Origin: a virus
Lineage: Duplodnaviria; Caudoviricetes
Length of the DNA: 64,000 nt
Virus record (IMG/VR): IMGVR_UViG_3300021255_004000
Span: 160,001-224,000 of that record
Reading direction: 5' to 3' (one strand)
The position numbers and the translations under genes are program-made. The number at the start of each line of letters is the position of its first letter. Position 1 is the stretch's first letter. The notes under the pieces are model-generated. The model was not told the DNA's origin and did no database searches. It worked only from the letters and a program-made list of their open reading frames with translations. Of the stretch, positions 9,929-21,343 are shown in pieces.

Positions 9929-10342
9929 TCACTCATTTTTGTCCTCCACAATAAGGTTACCCTCATCGTCATATAACATTATTTGTTTAACCCGCACAAA
10001 AGCTGTGGGTTCTATTTTTGAAAGGAACTCGAAAATGCATTCGGGTACCCAACAAGTGTTCCATTCTTTACTTTTCAACTGTCTTATAACAGCCAAAGTT
10101 TTGTTAACTTTTCTTGGGTCAAGTTTATCATAGTCAACTCGAACAGTTTCTCCATTTGGAGAAAGTTCTTTTGACACAAGAATATCAATTATTCCTAAAG
10201 AAACAAGACGATAGTCTCTTAAGTCAATACTTGTCTGTCCAAAGTTTTTATTTATGTGAATTATTTTTTCCATCAACCATTTGAAGATTTGGACAACCTG
10301 CAAAGCAATTTGGATTTCTGTCAAGTAAAACAGCAGCAACAT
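9929..10342 (-). CDS. Hypothetical protein, PxxFxG-module family (divergent)
   Basis: TCWVPECIFEFLSKIEPTAFVRVKQI. Confidence 0.5.
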   Translation of the reverse strand: MLLLFYLTEIQIALQVVQIFKWLMEKIIHINKNFGQTSIDLRDYRLVSLGIIDILVSKELSPNGETVRVDYDKLDPRKVNKTLAVIRQLKSKEWNTCWVPECIFEFLSKIEPTAFVRVKQIMLYDDEGNLIVEDKNE

Positions 10343-10688
10343 CTTCTGTCACAATAATTGTTTCATATTGAAAAACCTCAAGTCGCTTTATGATTGACTC
10401 TGTTTCGTCTTCATAGCCTCCGTCATCAAATATTCCACAAGGACCGTCAGGATCATTTTCATTTTCAGGTACAATGTAATAACTCGAAAGATCCATAATC
10501 TTTTTCTTCGGTCTTACAATTTCATCAGCCATTTGGATAGTGCCTCCATTATATTTAGCAATAGCATCAATAACTGCACACTTTAGCATATCTAAAGACA
10601 TACCGCTTAAGGCCATTGATTGTAATGAGGCATATACATTAGGTGGCAATTTTGTTGCAAGATCTTTTAATTCATCCCAGTCGTTCAT
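10248..10688 (-). CDS. Hypothetical protein, PxxFxG-module family
   Basis: TIIVTEDVAAVLLDRNPNCFAGCPNL. Confidence 0.65.
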   Translation of the reverse strand: MNDWDELKDLATKLPPNVYASLQSMALSGMSLDMLKCAVIDAIAKYNGGTIQMADEIVRPKKKIMDLSSYYIVPENENDPDGPCGIFDDGGYEDETESIIKRLEVFQYETIIVTEDVAAVLLDRNPNCFAGCPNLQMVDGKNNSHK

Positions 10689-10707
10689 TGCCTACCTCAA
10701 TTTGATA

Positions 10708-11145
10708 TTAACTGTTAGGCACGCCTGTATGTAAATAAAGTAACAATGTCCGTGCCAAAACACCTGCTACTCTTTCTGACATTGAAAACTCATCGTCAGT
10801 CTTTCCGCGTTTTTGTCTAGGGAAAGAAGCAACCTGATAAAGTTGAACATAAACACAGTTATCAAGTTTGCTGAATGAAAGTATTTCACAGTGTGAAATG
10901 CATTCAACATACAAATGAGGCAAACTTTTTACATCTGCCTTAACTGCTTCAAGCAACCACTGAGTAATCTTTTCAATCGAATCTCTTGAAAGAATGATCT
11001 GATTGAAGAATTCTTTGTTCTTTACTTTATCCTTGACGATTGCAACACTATAAGTTTGGTAAGGCACATCACAATAAAATTGCAATGAATAGCCATCACT
11101 TGAAACTCTTGCTGCCAAGTCAAGCGGCTCAACTTTCTCTTTCAT
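10708..11145 (-). CDS. Hypothetical protein
   Basis: 145 aa, tightly packed with neighbours. Confidence 0.6.
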   Translation of the reverse strand: MKEKVEPLDLAARVSSDGYSLQFYCDVPYQTYSVAIVKDKVKNKEFFNQIILSRDSIEKITQWLLEAVKADVKSLPHLYVECISHCEILSFSKLDNCVYVQLYQVASFPRQKRGKTDDEFSMSERVAGVLARTLLLYLHTGVPNS

Positions 11146-11148
11146 ATT

Positions 11149-11727
11149 TTAACCCATTTTTGTATCTTCATTCCACCCACAGATTTCAGCATTGATATAT
11201 CGACCATTTTCAAGCAATAAGTCTGAACGAATAGTCATATCACCAATAACAATATCAAGCAGGTCACAATCTTTACGAGGCCTTACCCCAGTAATCTGGT
11301 ATGTACCATCACCCCAAACAACAAGATTGCCCACTGCTGGGCGATGTAACTTGTCGTAGGGTTTATATTTTGGTAAGCCCACAAAACGATCCGCGCCTTC
11401 AGGTTTTTGAGTTTGTTCATCATTGTCTTCAGCATTTTTTGCCTCCGTTAGTTTAGTTATATGCTCTTTGTAAGCAAAAAGAAGTTTACTTTTGTTTACT
11501 CCTGAGTAAAATCTTATTGTTTCTTCATCTTCATCAAACTCAATATAAATGCCATCATAACCTTGAAAGATAGTTTCACCTGTTCTGATATTGTCAAAAT
11601 TGACAAAACCTTGGTATTTATCTGTGTCTGATGCTTGAAGATTTGGGTACCCGATAACTGTTGCAAACTCAGCAAAAACATCTTCATTGTGCTCGAAGTC
11701 ATCGAAAGTAAAAATCATATTAAGCAT
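11149..11727 (-). CDS. Hypothetical protein
   Basis: 192 aa, GAGG RBS. Confidence 0.6.
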   Translation of the reverse strand: MLNMIFTFDDFEHNEDVFAEFATVIGYPNLQASDTDKYQGFVNFDNIRTGETIFQGYDGIYIEFDEDEETIRFYSGVNKSKLLFAYKEHITKLTEAKNAEDNDEQTQKPEGADRFVGLPKYKPYDKLHRPAVGNLVVWGDGTYQITGVRPRKDCDLLDIVIGDMTIRSDLLLENGRYINAEICGWNEDTKMG

Positions 11728-11993
11728 TATTCACCCTCTTTATAAAAGAGAACAAAGCCTGTACTGTTTGCAACAATCTGAACAACAGTAACGCCTTCAC
11801 CGTTCACAAAATCACAAAGCTCTTCTCTTGTACGAAAGTAACTACTTTTCAGTTGCAGCATTCATTCCTCCAAGGTCATATCCATATTTTTCAGCGAGTT
11901 GTTCAATTTCTTTGAAGGTTTTTCCATTCAAAGGGTTGTTCTTTTTACCTCGCCAAAAGTTGATTGTTTTCATAAGCAATGCTTCATTCATAT

Positions 11994-12560
11994 TTACACC
12001 TCTTCTTCACGGACAACGAAAACATCTTTTGTTATTCCATCGCCTCTTGTGTACTCGCGGACTTCGATAATGTCTTTTTCAAAATCACCATCATAAAAGT
12101 AAACTGATGGGCGTTCGCGTGTAAGAGACCAATGAAATATAATATCCCAAATGTCTCTTGCAGACAAATACTCATAAGTATGATGATGATCTTTATCATC
12201 ACGATAGTATCTTGCGTAATCAACAGTGATTGGCTTTTCAAGCTTGTAAACTTTTTCATCATAGTTGGCAAATGCGATTCTTTTGAAATCTTCAAAAGTC
12301 ATTTTCTTTGCATATTCATAAGATGCTTTTTCAAGTTCGAGCCAGTCATAACCTGATGAGCGTTCCAAATCTTGAATGTCTTTCTTAATCAAGTTGAAGT
12401 AATCTTCAAGAGAAATGAAATCAGAAAGTTCATACTCATAAAAAGTTTCTTCAAACTCTTTAACTTCAAAAGGACGCTTAAGCAGGATTTCGTGGTTGAC
12501 AAAACGCTGCCACATTGTAAGAGGAATGATAAATCTAACTTTACTTTTAAGTGAACTCAT
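11994..12560 (-). CDS. Hypothetical protein
   Basis: 188 aa, GGAGG RBS, GTTAATAT at 12579-12586. Confidence 0.65.
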   Translation of the reverse strand: MSSLKSKVRFIIPLTMWQRFVNHEILLKRPFEVKEFEETFYEYELSDFISLEDYFNLIKKDIQDLERSSGYDWLELEKASYEYAKKMTFEDFKRIAFANYDEKVYKLEKPITVDYARYYRDDKDHHHTYEYLSARDIWDIIFHWSLTRERPSVYFYDGDFEKDIIEVREYTRGDGITKDVFVVREEEV

Positions 12561-12586
12561 TTTGCAACCTCCAAAATTATATTAAC

Positions 12587-13525
12587 TTAGTCCCACCAAA
12601 AATCAGCTCTTTCATTCCAAAGATCAGCAATTTTATCAAGGAGAGAACGACGATATGCTTTGAACTCTTTCCAAAGTTTTTCATATTCTTCAATTCTTTT
12701 CTTGTCGTCATCTTTGTATTTTTTCCAAATGTCGTCAGAGCGAGACTTCCAAGGTTCACTGTAAGTATAGTCAAGGTCATTGAGTTGTTTCAAAAGCTTG
12801 CGGTATTCATACAAGTCGTGAAGCTTTCTTCTCTGTCCACGAACAACATTGCGAAGGCGAGGAGAGAGATTATGCAACTCTGTTGTTTCAAAATGAATTG
12901 AATTGGCATACATAATTGCATTGCGGTCAAAGTTGGTAACATCGGGTTCATCTTTGCAGTTGTTTACCCAAGCAGACATCTCTTCCCAAGTATCAAAACT
13001 TGCAATTTGAGTGTGTTCATAAACTTCTTTGTCACAAGGAATATGTCCTTTGAGGTTGCCATCATCATCAATGTCAAATCTGTAAAAGCGTTTACTTTTT
13101 GGGATTTTGTCAGCAGGGATAACATCGACAACTTTCTTATCGAAAATCATCCAAGGTTTGCTGCTTTCTTTGTCGTATGTGTAATAGTACTTACCGCCGT
13201 ACCACTGCAATTCACTTGTTTCCTTTGCACGATCTTGAACATACTTCAACGCATAGAACATATCAGGTGCTTCACAGTTATCAAGGAAGTCAGGAGAGTC
13301 AACATAGCACATTGCTTCGCAACCATATTTGCGAAGATTGTGATACATATGTTCAACTTTCATAATCTGCCACTGAAGCAAAGTGTTATGACCGTTCCAA
13401 GTATCATTCAAAAATGAAACATTTCTGTCATAATCACCAAGTCTTTTGCGGAAGCGATACCAGTATTCTGTTTCAAAAAATTGACTTACAACCCGCTTAA
13501 CTTCTTTGAAAGGGTTATTTCTCAT
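12587..13525 (-). CDS. Hypothetical protein
   Basis: 312 aa ending in FWWD. Confidence 0.65.
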   Translation of the reverse strand: MRNNPFKEVKRVVSQFFETEYWYRFRKRLGDYDRNVSFLNDTWNGHNTLLQWQIMKVEHMYHNLRKYGCEAMCYVDSPDFLDNCEAPDMFYALKYVQDRAKETSELQWYGGKYYYTYDKESSKPWMIFDKKVVDVIPADKIPKSKRFYRFDIDDDGNLKGHIPCDKEVYEHTQIASFDTWEEMSAWVNNCKDEPDVTNFDRNAIMYANSIHFETTELHNLSPRLRNVVRGQRRKLHDLYEYRKLLKQLNDLDYTYSEPWKSRSDDIWKKYKDDDKKRIEEYEKLWKEFKAYRRSLLDKIADLWNERADFWWD

Positions 13526-13988
13526 CAGCTGCCTCCATATATTCTACTATTGATTTAGCAAGTAATTTGCATTCTTCATCAGTAAGTAATTTACTTACAT
13601 CAGGCTTTTCTTTTACACTTGGAAGTCCACAAAGTTTGTTGATGTCAACGAGTATCTTACAGTAACGCTTGCCATCAATTTCAACGCCTGTGTTGCAACA
13701 GTCTTCTCTGCTTTCGTGACAAGGACAGTTGTTGTTTTCACAAGGCTGCAAAATTGTAACATAGCCAGTGTCATTAAGGTTTTCACCATCACAAGTTGCC
13801 TTTTTATCTGATGCAACTTTTGCAACAAGATCCCAGAACATTGCGTCCTCAACAAGTTTTGTTACTTCTTCAATAGAAATGTAGCCTGTCTTAGGATGCT
13901 TAAAATGATACCACTTTACACCATAGTATGCGATGGTACCCACAACAAAAATAATAAAAGCAAGATAAACAATTAACATCAAGTTCAT
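13515..13988 (-). CDS. Hypothetical membrane-anchored Cys-rich protein
   Basis: N-terminal TM helix, multiple Cys. Confidence 0.6.
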   Translation of the reverse strand: MNLMLIVYLAFIIFVVGTIAYYGVKWYHFKHPKTGYISIEEVTKLVEDAMFWDLVAKVASDKKATCDGENLNDTGYVTILQPCENNNCPCHESREDCCNTGVEIDGKRYCKILVDINKLCGLPSVKEKPDVSKLLTDEECKLLAKSIVEYMEAADEK

Positions 13989-14674
13989 AATTTCAATTCC
14001 TCCAAAGATTCTTTATACATTTTATCATAATCCCAAGTTGCTTCTTGTATTCGGAAGAGAGCAGCATTGTGGTTTACATCATCAGTATTAGAAGATGCCC
14101 AACAAAGCCAGTTCTCTTTGTCAAGAGTATATTGTTCACCCCAGTATTCAGCTGCATAAGCAAGCAAGTTTCTTCGATAAAAGTTGCCTGTGCTTGTGTG
14201 AATATCGTGAAAGAATGTTTCAATAATCTCAGTATTTATATGATTAAACTTCCAATCTTTTCGATATGCAAATGGCGTAAAAACTTTAAGAAGAAAATCT
14301 TTGTGCTGTTCACAACGCTTCCAAATAATGTACCTGTCTGTTTCAAGAGTTGGATAATCAAAGTCCTTGAAAGTTAATTGCTCCTTCTTTCTTTTTGCTC
14401 TTTTCCATCTATGAACATATTCACTAATAAAGAGTCCGATTGTATCAATTTCTCGATGACGAGGTTGTGAAATCTTTGCAATGTTGATGTACATACGATC
14501 TTGTGAACAAGACATACTTGCAACAATATTCCCATAATAAGGAATTAAGTCTCGAGGACTGCTTACTTTCAATGGAACATCATCGATTGTAATGTTTGCG
14601 TAAGAAACTCTATCTGGAGAATAATGCATCAAACAAGTATCGCCAAAATCACTTTTGTCTGAAAATTGACTCAT
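13985..14674 (-). CDS. Hypothetical protein
   Basis: 229 aa, GGAGG RBS, GTTAATAT at 14691-14698. Confidence 0.65.
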   Translation of the reverse strand: MSQFSDKSDFGDTCLMHYSPDRVSYANITIDDVPLKVSSPRDLIPYYGNIVASMSCSQDRMYINIAKISQPRHREIDTIGLFISEYVHRWKRAKRKKEQLTFKDFDYPTLETDRYIIWKRCEQHKDFLLKVFTPFAYRKDWKFNHINTEIIETFFHDIHTSTGNFYRRNLLAYAAEYWGEQYTLDKENWLCWASSNTDDVNHNAALFRIQEATWDYDKMYKESLEELKL

Positions 14675-14698
14675 ATATCCTCCAAATAAAATATTAAC

Positions 14699-16341
14699 TT
14701 ACCACTTTTCTTCTGCAGTTTTTTGTAAGTACAAAATCTTGTCAAGAATGTCGTGAAAGTATCGAACTGCATCAATGAAGCTGTTATAGTCAATATGATA
14801 CTCATTCATTGCATCGAACAAACGAGGTCCTATTGTGCGAATGTCATATCCTTCACGAGTCTTTTCAAAAAATGCAAGTGTATAGCAAGTTTCTCTGCCG
14901 TCATCTCCACGCTGGTAACAAACTATTTCAGGCTGACGACCTTTGTCAGCATCATTAGAAGTAATCTTACCGTGGAGTCCTATGTCACCTTTTCGCCAAT
15001 TCAAATCGAACGAAAAGTCAAATTCTTTACCAATCATCTTTACCTCCTATCAAGGCTTCTTTATCAACCTGACTTGCCATGATTTCAAGCAGATTCACTG
15101 TAGGCTTTTTGTCTTCAAAACCTTTGACATCGTGAAGTCCTGCATTATTCTTTTTGCAGTTTTCAATCAATTCATCAATTTCCTTCTGACCGAGTTCCAT
15201 CTTCAATTACCTCCCAAGTATCTGCTTCGGAAAGAGCCGCAAGGCTCATTCCTTCAAGCCATATTTGCCAACCCCAAGGGGACTGTGTTACTCTTAAAAC
15301 TTTTCCGATGTGTCCTTCGTATCGACGATCTTTCTCATCAGCTTCGCCCATACTTAGTACTTTTATTGTTTTACCTACGAGAGATTCAAAATCATTCATT
15401 TTCTTTCTCCCTTAAGAAATAATTTGATACGAGTTGGGATAACAACAAGTGAGTCACAATCATCGCAACATCTACCTGTGTTCTTTACAGGCGCAGGATT
15501 GTTTCCAAACCCATAAAAAGTTTGTCCGCAGATAACGCATTTGAATGTAGGCTTATCCATTTTCAACTCCTTACAATACCAAAGTCAAAGACTCTTCATC
15601 GTACTCGATCTCTGAATAAAGAGCGTACTGTTTAAGAAGCTCTTTCATCTTGTCAATCAATTTGATGTCTTTTCTCATATCAGCAATCTCTTGCTTAAGC
15701 TTACAGATTTCATCTTCCTTTTTGTCGAGTTCATCTGTAAGATGCGTCATTTCTTTTTCAAACTGTCTTTCAAACCCAGCGCGAAGTCTTTCTTTTGCAA
15801 CCTCATAGTTCATCTCCATCTCGCGCTCAGAGAACCTCTTTTCGTTTGCTTCGTCGTCAAAGTTGTCATCATTGTAATAGTAATCTTTGAGAGCATTCAT
15901 TCTCTGATGATGTATCTCATCAAGTCTTTTATACTCCCAAGGACTTACATACTCATCAGGATTCAATTAAGCCACCTCCTCAGTAAGCCACTGCTGAAGG
16001 TCATCAAGATTTTCAATAAGACTTCCAATCTGTTTCCAGCCTTCTCGATTGCTCAAGCAAACTGGGTCAACACTTGATACACAGCACCCGCTTTTGTCAA
16101 TCGAAAACTCTACAACAAACTGTCCTTTGTCAAGTTTTGCTTCAACATAAAAGTAGATTCTATCACGAGGCGTTCCATCAACAGTAAACAAGGCAATGCG
16201 AACATCCCACAGTCCTTTTGCCTTCAAATCAACAAATTCATTGAAGCGCTGTGCAATATCACGCCAAGTTGCAACATTTTTGCCAAGTACAATCTTGTCA
16301 TCTGCTGCTCCTGCCAAAACTGATGCTGGACCTCTAACCAT
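14699..16341 (-). other. Run of small hypothetical early genes (14699-15037, 15175-15399, 15571-15966, 15967-16341 and shorter ORFs)
   Basis: Tightly packed ORFs with RBSs downstream of the class I promoter at 16362-16400. Confidence 0.6.
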
Positions 16342-16361
16342 AGAATCCTCCTTTTGTTCGG

Positions 16362-16400
16362 TTACAATAATAATATAAAAGAGGATTTAGAAAAGTTCAA
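16362..16400 (-). promoter_or_regulatory. Class I promoter, copy 2
   Basis: TTGAAC-N17-TATATT..TGTAA. Confidence 0.8.
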
Positions 16401-16408
16401 AAATATTT

Positions 16409-18358
16409 TTAATATGTCATTGAAAGTGCCTGCTTATCAGTAAACACTTGCCCTTGAACATTATCAAGGGTGTCAGGCATTGTGAGTTTGCCAATCAAGT
16501 CATTATAAACAATATCACGATCTTGCATTGAACTGTAAGAATATTCTCTGTCATCATTGATAACAATAAGGAACTCACCATTTGTAGGAGCCCAGTCATC
16601 TTTGCCATTTTTGTCAGGGCCAATATATCTTTCTCTTTTTGTGATTATGTCAATTTGGTCAAGGCGAATTACATCTCTGTCGAGTTTGTAGAAATTGTTC
16701 ATATACCAAGCTCCTTAAAGTAAAGGATAATTGGAACGCCTTGTATATCAAGATGATGTTCTTTAAGATCGTCTGTAATTGCTCGTGTTATGAATTGGTT
16801 AAGTACTTGAAATGAATCATTGTCAGTAATGCGACCTGTCATAGGAAGAGTAACGTTTCCGAAACGAGGAGTGAGGTCATTCTTTATGTTATATTGATAT
16901 GAAACAAAACACCAATGTTCTTTTTCAGTTGTTTCTTTTTCCATCAAGTTCCTCCAATTCAACATCAAAACATTCATCAATGTCGTGATATGAAATTATA
17001 TATTTCGTCTTGTTCTTAAACTCAACTACATATCCATCAAATACTGCTTTAGATATATTAACTATTTCGTCGAGCGAAAAAGTAGCGCGACCTACTATTT
17101 GTCCCTTTGCGTTGATAAGTTCAACGGACATATCAGTTGCGCCATCTTTCAATTTCCAAGACTTTACCTTCTGAGGAACGAACATAATAATTAGTCAGAT
17201 GCTTTCTGATTTTTATCACGCTGTTCCTGTATCTTCATTGCATCTCCGATTGTAAACTTATCTTCAACAGCTCTTTCTTTTGCAATTCTTTCAAGATTGC
17301 GTTTGTTCTGACGACGCTGTCTACTGTTGAAATGTTTATCATCGTCTTTATGTGTAAAGCCTGCTCCCATTTTAAGTAAGGCGTTTGTCTGAGACTCATA
17401 AGCTTTACGAACAAGGAAAAGGAAGTCTGCAGGAGTTCCATCAGGTACAAGCTGCTGAAACTTGTCAATCAAACTGCCGAACATCATTGCAGAAGTAAGT
17501 TGAGCGTGTGGATTTTCGCCTCTTCCCATCATAAGAGCAATAACCGCTTCTTGTACAAGGTCATTGACTTTTGCAGCTTCTTGTTCTTTTTCTTCTTTCA
17601 TAATTGCAAAAAGCTTATCTTTTGGATCGATTGTCCAAGCAGAGTTAAAATCTTCCCAAGAAATCTTCTGTTCAAGACCACCTGCTTTAAGAATGATACC
17701 GTCTTTTGCCTTATTAAGAATTCTTACTCGTATCAAGTTTTTCTCCTACAACTTCGCGATAGTATATCTTTACTTCTTCTTCAGACAATCTGTCGAGCTT
17801 CTGAATAATCCTTTTTGAATATGCAATCTGCTTCTTTGCATTTGTAAGCTCTTTCTGATGTAAAAAGCGGTCATACCTCAGAATTGTAAATTGCATTCTC
17901 CAAAAGTCTTTTTTCATTTGCTTTGAAAGTGAGCCCCAATCATCAATAACAAATGAAACTTTATTTGGCTTGTTTTCTTTTACATTTCTCCAGCCGTGAG
18001 AGTGAATATGCTTTGTATCATTTGAAACTGCAAATGATTTAGGCTTTCCTGTCCACTCAAGTGTATCAAAGGATTTATAACCAAACTTTGGAATAGCGTT
18101 GAATCCATCTTTCTTGAGGGCAGCAATTTCCTTTTCGATTGCAGGAAGATACACATCCTTTTGTTCGTTGATTTGATATGACGCCCACTTGATTTTGCCT
18201 TTGTGAAAGTCCCTTATTGATGTTTTCATTTCTTCAATAGTCGTATCCATTTGAATTCCAACATCTTCACAGTACTTTCTAAAAACCCTGCCTTTCTCAG
18301 AGTTTGAGAAAAACTTATTTGCAAGCTGCATAAATAATTCCTGTGTTATCTTTGTCAA
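16409..18358 (-). other. Run of hypothetical genes (16409-16702, 16699-16980, 16925-17185, 17191-17736, 17714-18358)
   Basis: Overlapping start/stop packing. Confidence 0.6.
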
Positions 18359-19377
18359 AGTGCACCTCCAAAAAGAAGTCTTAACAATGTTTCATTTGAA
18401 CGCATATTGTAATATGGGTTCTTTTCGTACTTCACTTTCTCGAAGTCATCTCCGATGTTTTCAGTATCAAGAATGAAGCCACAGTTGTGTTCGTGGTTAT
18501 CACAAACAATCAACTTATGAGTACGATACTTAAACTTCTTCAAACCGAGTTCTGTATGTCCTACAACCTGACATTTCAAATGTCCAGGCCAGTTATCTTG
18601 AAGCAATGAATTAGGACGAATCCAAATACAAGATTCACCAGGTGAATCACCACTGCCTGAATATCCACAATGGCAGAAATACTCTGTATCACTGTCAAGA
18701 ATTGCCTTCAATGTTTTAACATTAAAAGTTGTTGAAAAAGCATCCTTGAAATAAGGCTCCATTGCAGTGTAAGCATCGTCCATCATCTTCTTTGCATAAG
18801 CCTGTTTTTCGTGATACTCTTCAATGTACTTCTTTTCTTTTTCAGTTTTCGGATTTACAAGAGAACGAACAACACCATCAAAGAAGACATCTTCAATATG
18901 ATTGTAATTGTACTTCCACTTGTTATATTCACGCATCAGTTCCTTTGGTACTTTGTCCATTTTATGTTTGTCATTGTACCAAGAAACTGTCCTGTTGTAC
19001 CAATGCTGTGAAACGCCTGCGTGTGAAAACAAAACGCCATCAATAAGAACTGCAGGATATATGATATCCATATTCTTTGTGAACATCTCGTAATACATTT
19101 TTTCATATTCAAAATGATGTCCACTACAAGTTTGACTTGAAATGTATGCGTGATCGTGATTGCCTAAACAAATACAGAACTTATCAGGTTCTGCCCGTGC
19201 CATTTCTATAAGTTGTAAAAATCCCTCCTGCATAGGTTTACCATTGAGCTCATCTTCCCAATCGTCAACATAATCACCAAGAGTTACAACATAATCAACT
19301 TTGTCTTTGTTTGCCTTAATGAAGGCGAGAGCCTGATTCCAACTTCCGTGAATGTCAGGTACCACTAGAACTTTCAT
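18355..19377 (-). CDS. Calcineurin-like metallophosphoesterase
   Basis: PDIHG, LGDYVD, LGNHD, FSHAG, VVGHT motifs. Confidence 0.85.
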   Translation of the reverse strand: MKVLVVPDIHGSWNQALAFIKANKDKVDYVVTLGDYVDDWEDELNGKPMQEGFLQLIEMARAEPDKFCICLGNHDHAYISSQTCSGHHFEYEKMYYEMFTKNMDIIYPAVLIDGVLFSHAGVSQHWYNRTVSWYNDKHKMDKVPKELMREYNKWKYNYNHIEDVFFDGVVRSLVNPKTEKEKKYIEEYHEKQAYAKKMMDDAYTAMEPYFKDAFSTTFNVKTLKAILDSDTEYFCHCGYSGSGDSPGESCIWIRPNSLLQDNWPGHLKCQVVGHTELGLKKFKYRTHKLIVCDNHEHNCGFILDTENIGDDFEKVKYEKNPYYNMRSNETLLRLLFGGAL

Positions 19378-19662
19378 ACTTTCTCGTCTCCCAATTTATA
19401 ATTTTATCAACTTCTCTCTGTATGACTGCTGCATCAATCTGCTTTACATCTTCGTCATCATCAACTTCATAATTCCAATAATATTCAAAATTGATATAAT
19501 AACACTTTATATCTTTGCGATAGCCATAATCAATATTGATTACAGATATTTCTTCATCTTCAGTAATTTCAGCAACTTTATTCATAAATTGCTCGTGTTC
19601 TTTTTTACTGAAAAGATATGAGCCTTTCGAAGGCGCATCTGTATCACAGGTCAAATTCACTG

Positions 19663-20364
19663 TCATATTCTCCTCAATAGTTCATCAATCTCATCGTTTC
19701 TTTCTGCGTCTCGAACAGCAGCACCTTCATTTTGACGAATTTCTTCTGTTCGATTTCTGATACGCTGAATGTACTCTTCGTTCGTTTCATCTTTGTAACC
19801 GTCAAGATTTTTAGGCAATTCAGTTAAACCTACATCAGCAGTTTCATCGGTTACAACAACTTCCCAGCCATCAAAAATTGTTGGGTCCTGTTCTGAACAA
19901 AAGTCAAGAACAAATGATGAAAGATAAACAGTTCTCTTTACACCGTTTTTCAGTTCATTAAGAACATCAGTTGTAACATCAACCATTTCCATAGGTCCGT
20001 CAGCGTGATATTTATTTATGAACAACCGATTATTTGCTGTATCAACTTCAACATCAGTCAAACGGTAAACTGCTTTCTTTGCATATTCTTTCTTTGTCTT
20101 CTGAAGATCTTTTCGGATCTCTTCAAGGATCTTATTGTTCTCTTCGTCAAACTCGTACTGCTCTTCACCAATGATTTCACCTTTATTGTAATATGTTACA
20201 ACAGCGCCTGTGAATTCACTAGCAAGATAGTTAAAACCGTTGTCGGTCCAACTGTTATAGCCCAAGTTTAAGCGTCGATGACGAAGAGTTGAGCAGTCTG
20301 TTGTGTCGCCATAATAAAGATCAGCTGTGTATGCGCTTCCTAAAGAATTATTCAATACTGTCAT
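19663..20364 (-). CDS. Hypothetical protein, PxxFxG-module family
   Basis: TVYLSSFVLDFCSEQDPTIFDGWEVVV. Confidence 0.65.
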   Translation of the reverse strand: MTVLNNSLGSAYTADLYYGDTTDCSTLRHRRLNLGYNSWTDNGFNYLASEFTGAVVTYYNKGEIIGEEQYEFDEENNKILEEIRKDLQKTKKEYAKKAVYRLTDVEVDTANNRLFINKYHADGPMEMVDVTTDVLNELKNGVKRTVYLSSFVLDFCSEQDPTIFDGWEVVVTDETADVGLTELPKNLDGYKDETNEEYIQRIRNRTEEIRQNEGAAVRDAERNDEIDELLRRI

Positions 20365-20690
20365 TATGACTCCTCAAAGTAATCATCATCATCTTCATCA
20401 ATCAAGTCGAGATCAATTCCCTGGAAAATGTTTGGATTTTGCTCGAGAAGATATTCCGCATTCGTTTCGGTGATTTTCAATTTACCACCTTCAACATATT
20501 TGCGCATAAACTCAACATCTTTTAATTTGACAGGACACTTCTTTGTATCATATTTAGGAGCATCATCTTCTTTGTTTTCAGTATCTGTCAGAATGTCGGA
20601 CAAATTGAGCCCAGGCATTGAACCTGTGGCCTGTGTAAGAGCTGTCACACTTTGTATCATTTTCAAAAACTCGGAATTACTCTGTCCCAT
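20364..20690 (-). CDS. Hypothetical protein, PxxFxG-module family
   Basis: KLKITETNAEYLLEQNPNIFQGIDLDL. Confidence 0.65.
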   Translation of the reverse strand: MGQSNSEFLKMIQSVTALTQATGSMPGLNLSDILTDTENKEDDAPKYDTKKCPVKLKDVEFMRKYVEGGKLKITETNAEYLLEQNPNIFQGIDLDLIDEDDDDYFEES

Positions 20691-21087
20691 CTTCGTCCTC
20701 CTTCAAAGGTTCTCCTATATTGATATTAACTCCATCAAAAATTGTTGGGTCAACTCTTATCAATTCCTCAACGACTTTATGATGCATACAAACACTGTTG
20801 CCTGTTTCTTTATTGTAAAAGCCGCTTATCACTCTTCTTATTGTTCCTGAAGTCATATAAATAACTCTTGCAGGAAGCTTAAGTTTCTTAATGTCATTTT
20901 CAAATCTTTTATGTTGTTCTTTTGTTAGAACAACTCTTTCGCAAGTACCAATGTCAGTATAGCGAATCATTTCTTCTGCACTTTTATGAAGCTGTTTGAG
21001 CCATTCATCTCGTAAGTTTCTGTCATTCAATGTACAACTCCTTTCCATCAAACAACTCAGGATTCTTATCAAGAAAATATTCCGCAA
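20677..21087 (-). CDS. Hypothetical protein, PxxFxG-module family
   Basis: SVCMHHKVVEELIRVDPTIFDGVNINI. Confidence 0.6.
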   Translation of the reverse strand: MRNIFLIRILSCLMERSCTLNDRNLRDEWLKQLHKSAEEMIRYTDIGTCERVVLTKEQHKRFENDIKKLKLPARVIYMTSGTIRRVISGFYNKETGNSVCMHHKVVEELIRVDPTIFDGVNINIGEPLKEDEDGTE

Positions 21088-21343
21088 CTGCTGAGTTCAA
21101 TGAAATCATCGTACTCTTTTTAATTGCTTCAATAACATATTGTGTCAAAGTCATTTGAGCAGTTGTTGTGTCAATCATCAAGTCTGGATTTCCGTCAAGA
21201 AACACAAACCCAGTGAGATCAAGATCGCCTTTTGCTGAAACACAACTTGTCAAATCTGCTGTGAAGTTTGGAGTACCCCAAGAATCTCCTGGGTGATATC
21301 CAAACTGTTGTGTGCCATTCGGACAAAACTTATTCATCAGCAA
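21023..21343 (-). CDS. Hypothetical protein, PxxFxG-module family
   Basis: MISLNSAVAEYFLDKNPELFDGKELYI. Confidence 0.65.
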   Translation of the reverse strand: MLMNKFCPNGTQQFGYHPGDSWGTPNFTADLTSCVSAKGDLDLTGFVFLDGNPDLMIDTTTAQMTLTQYVIEAIKKSTMISLNSAVAEYFLDKNPELFDGKELYIE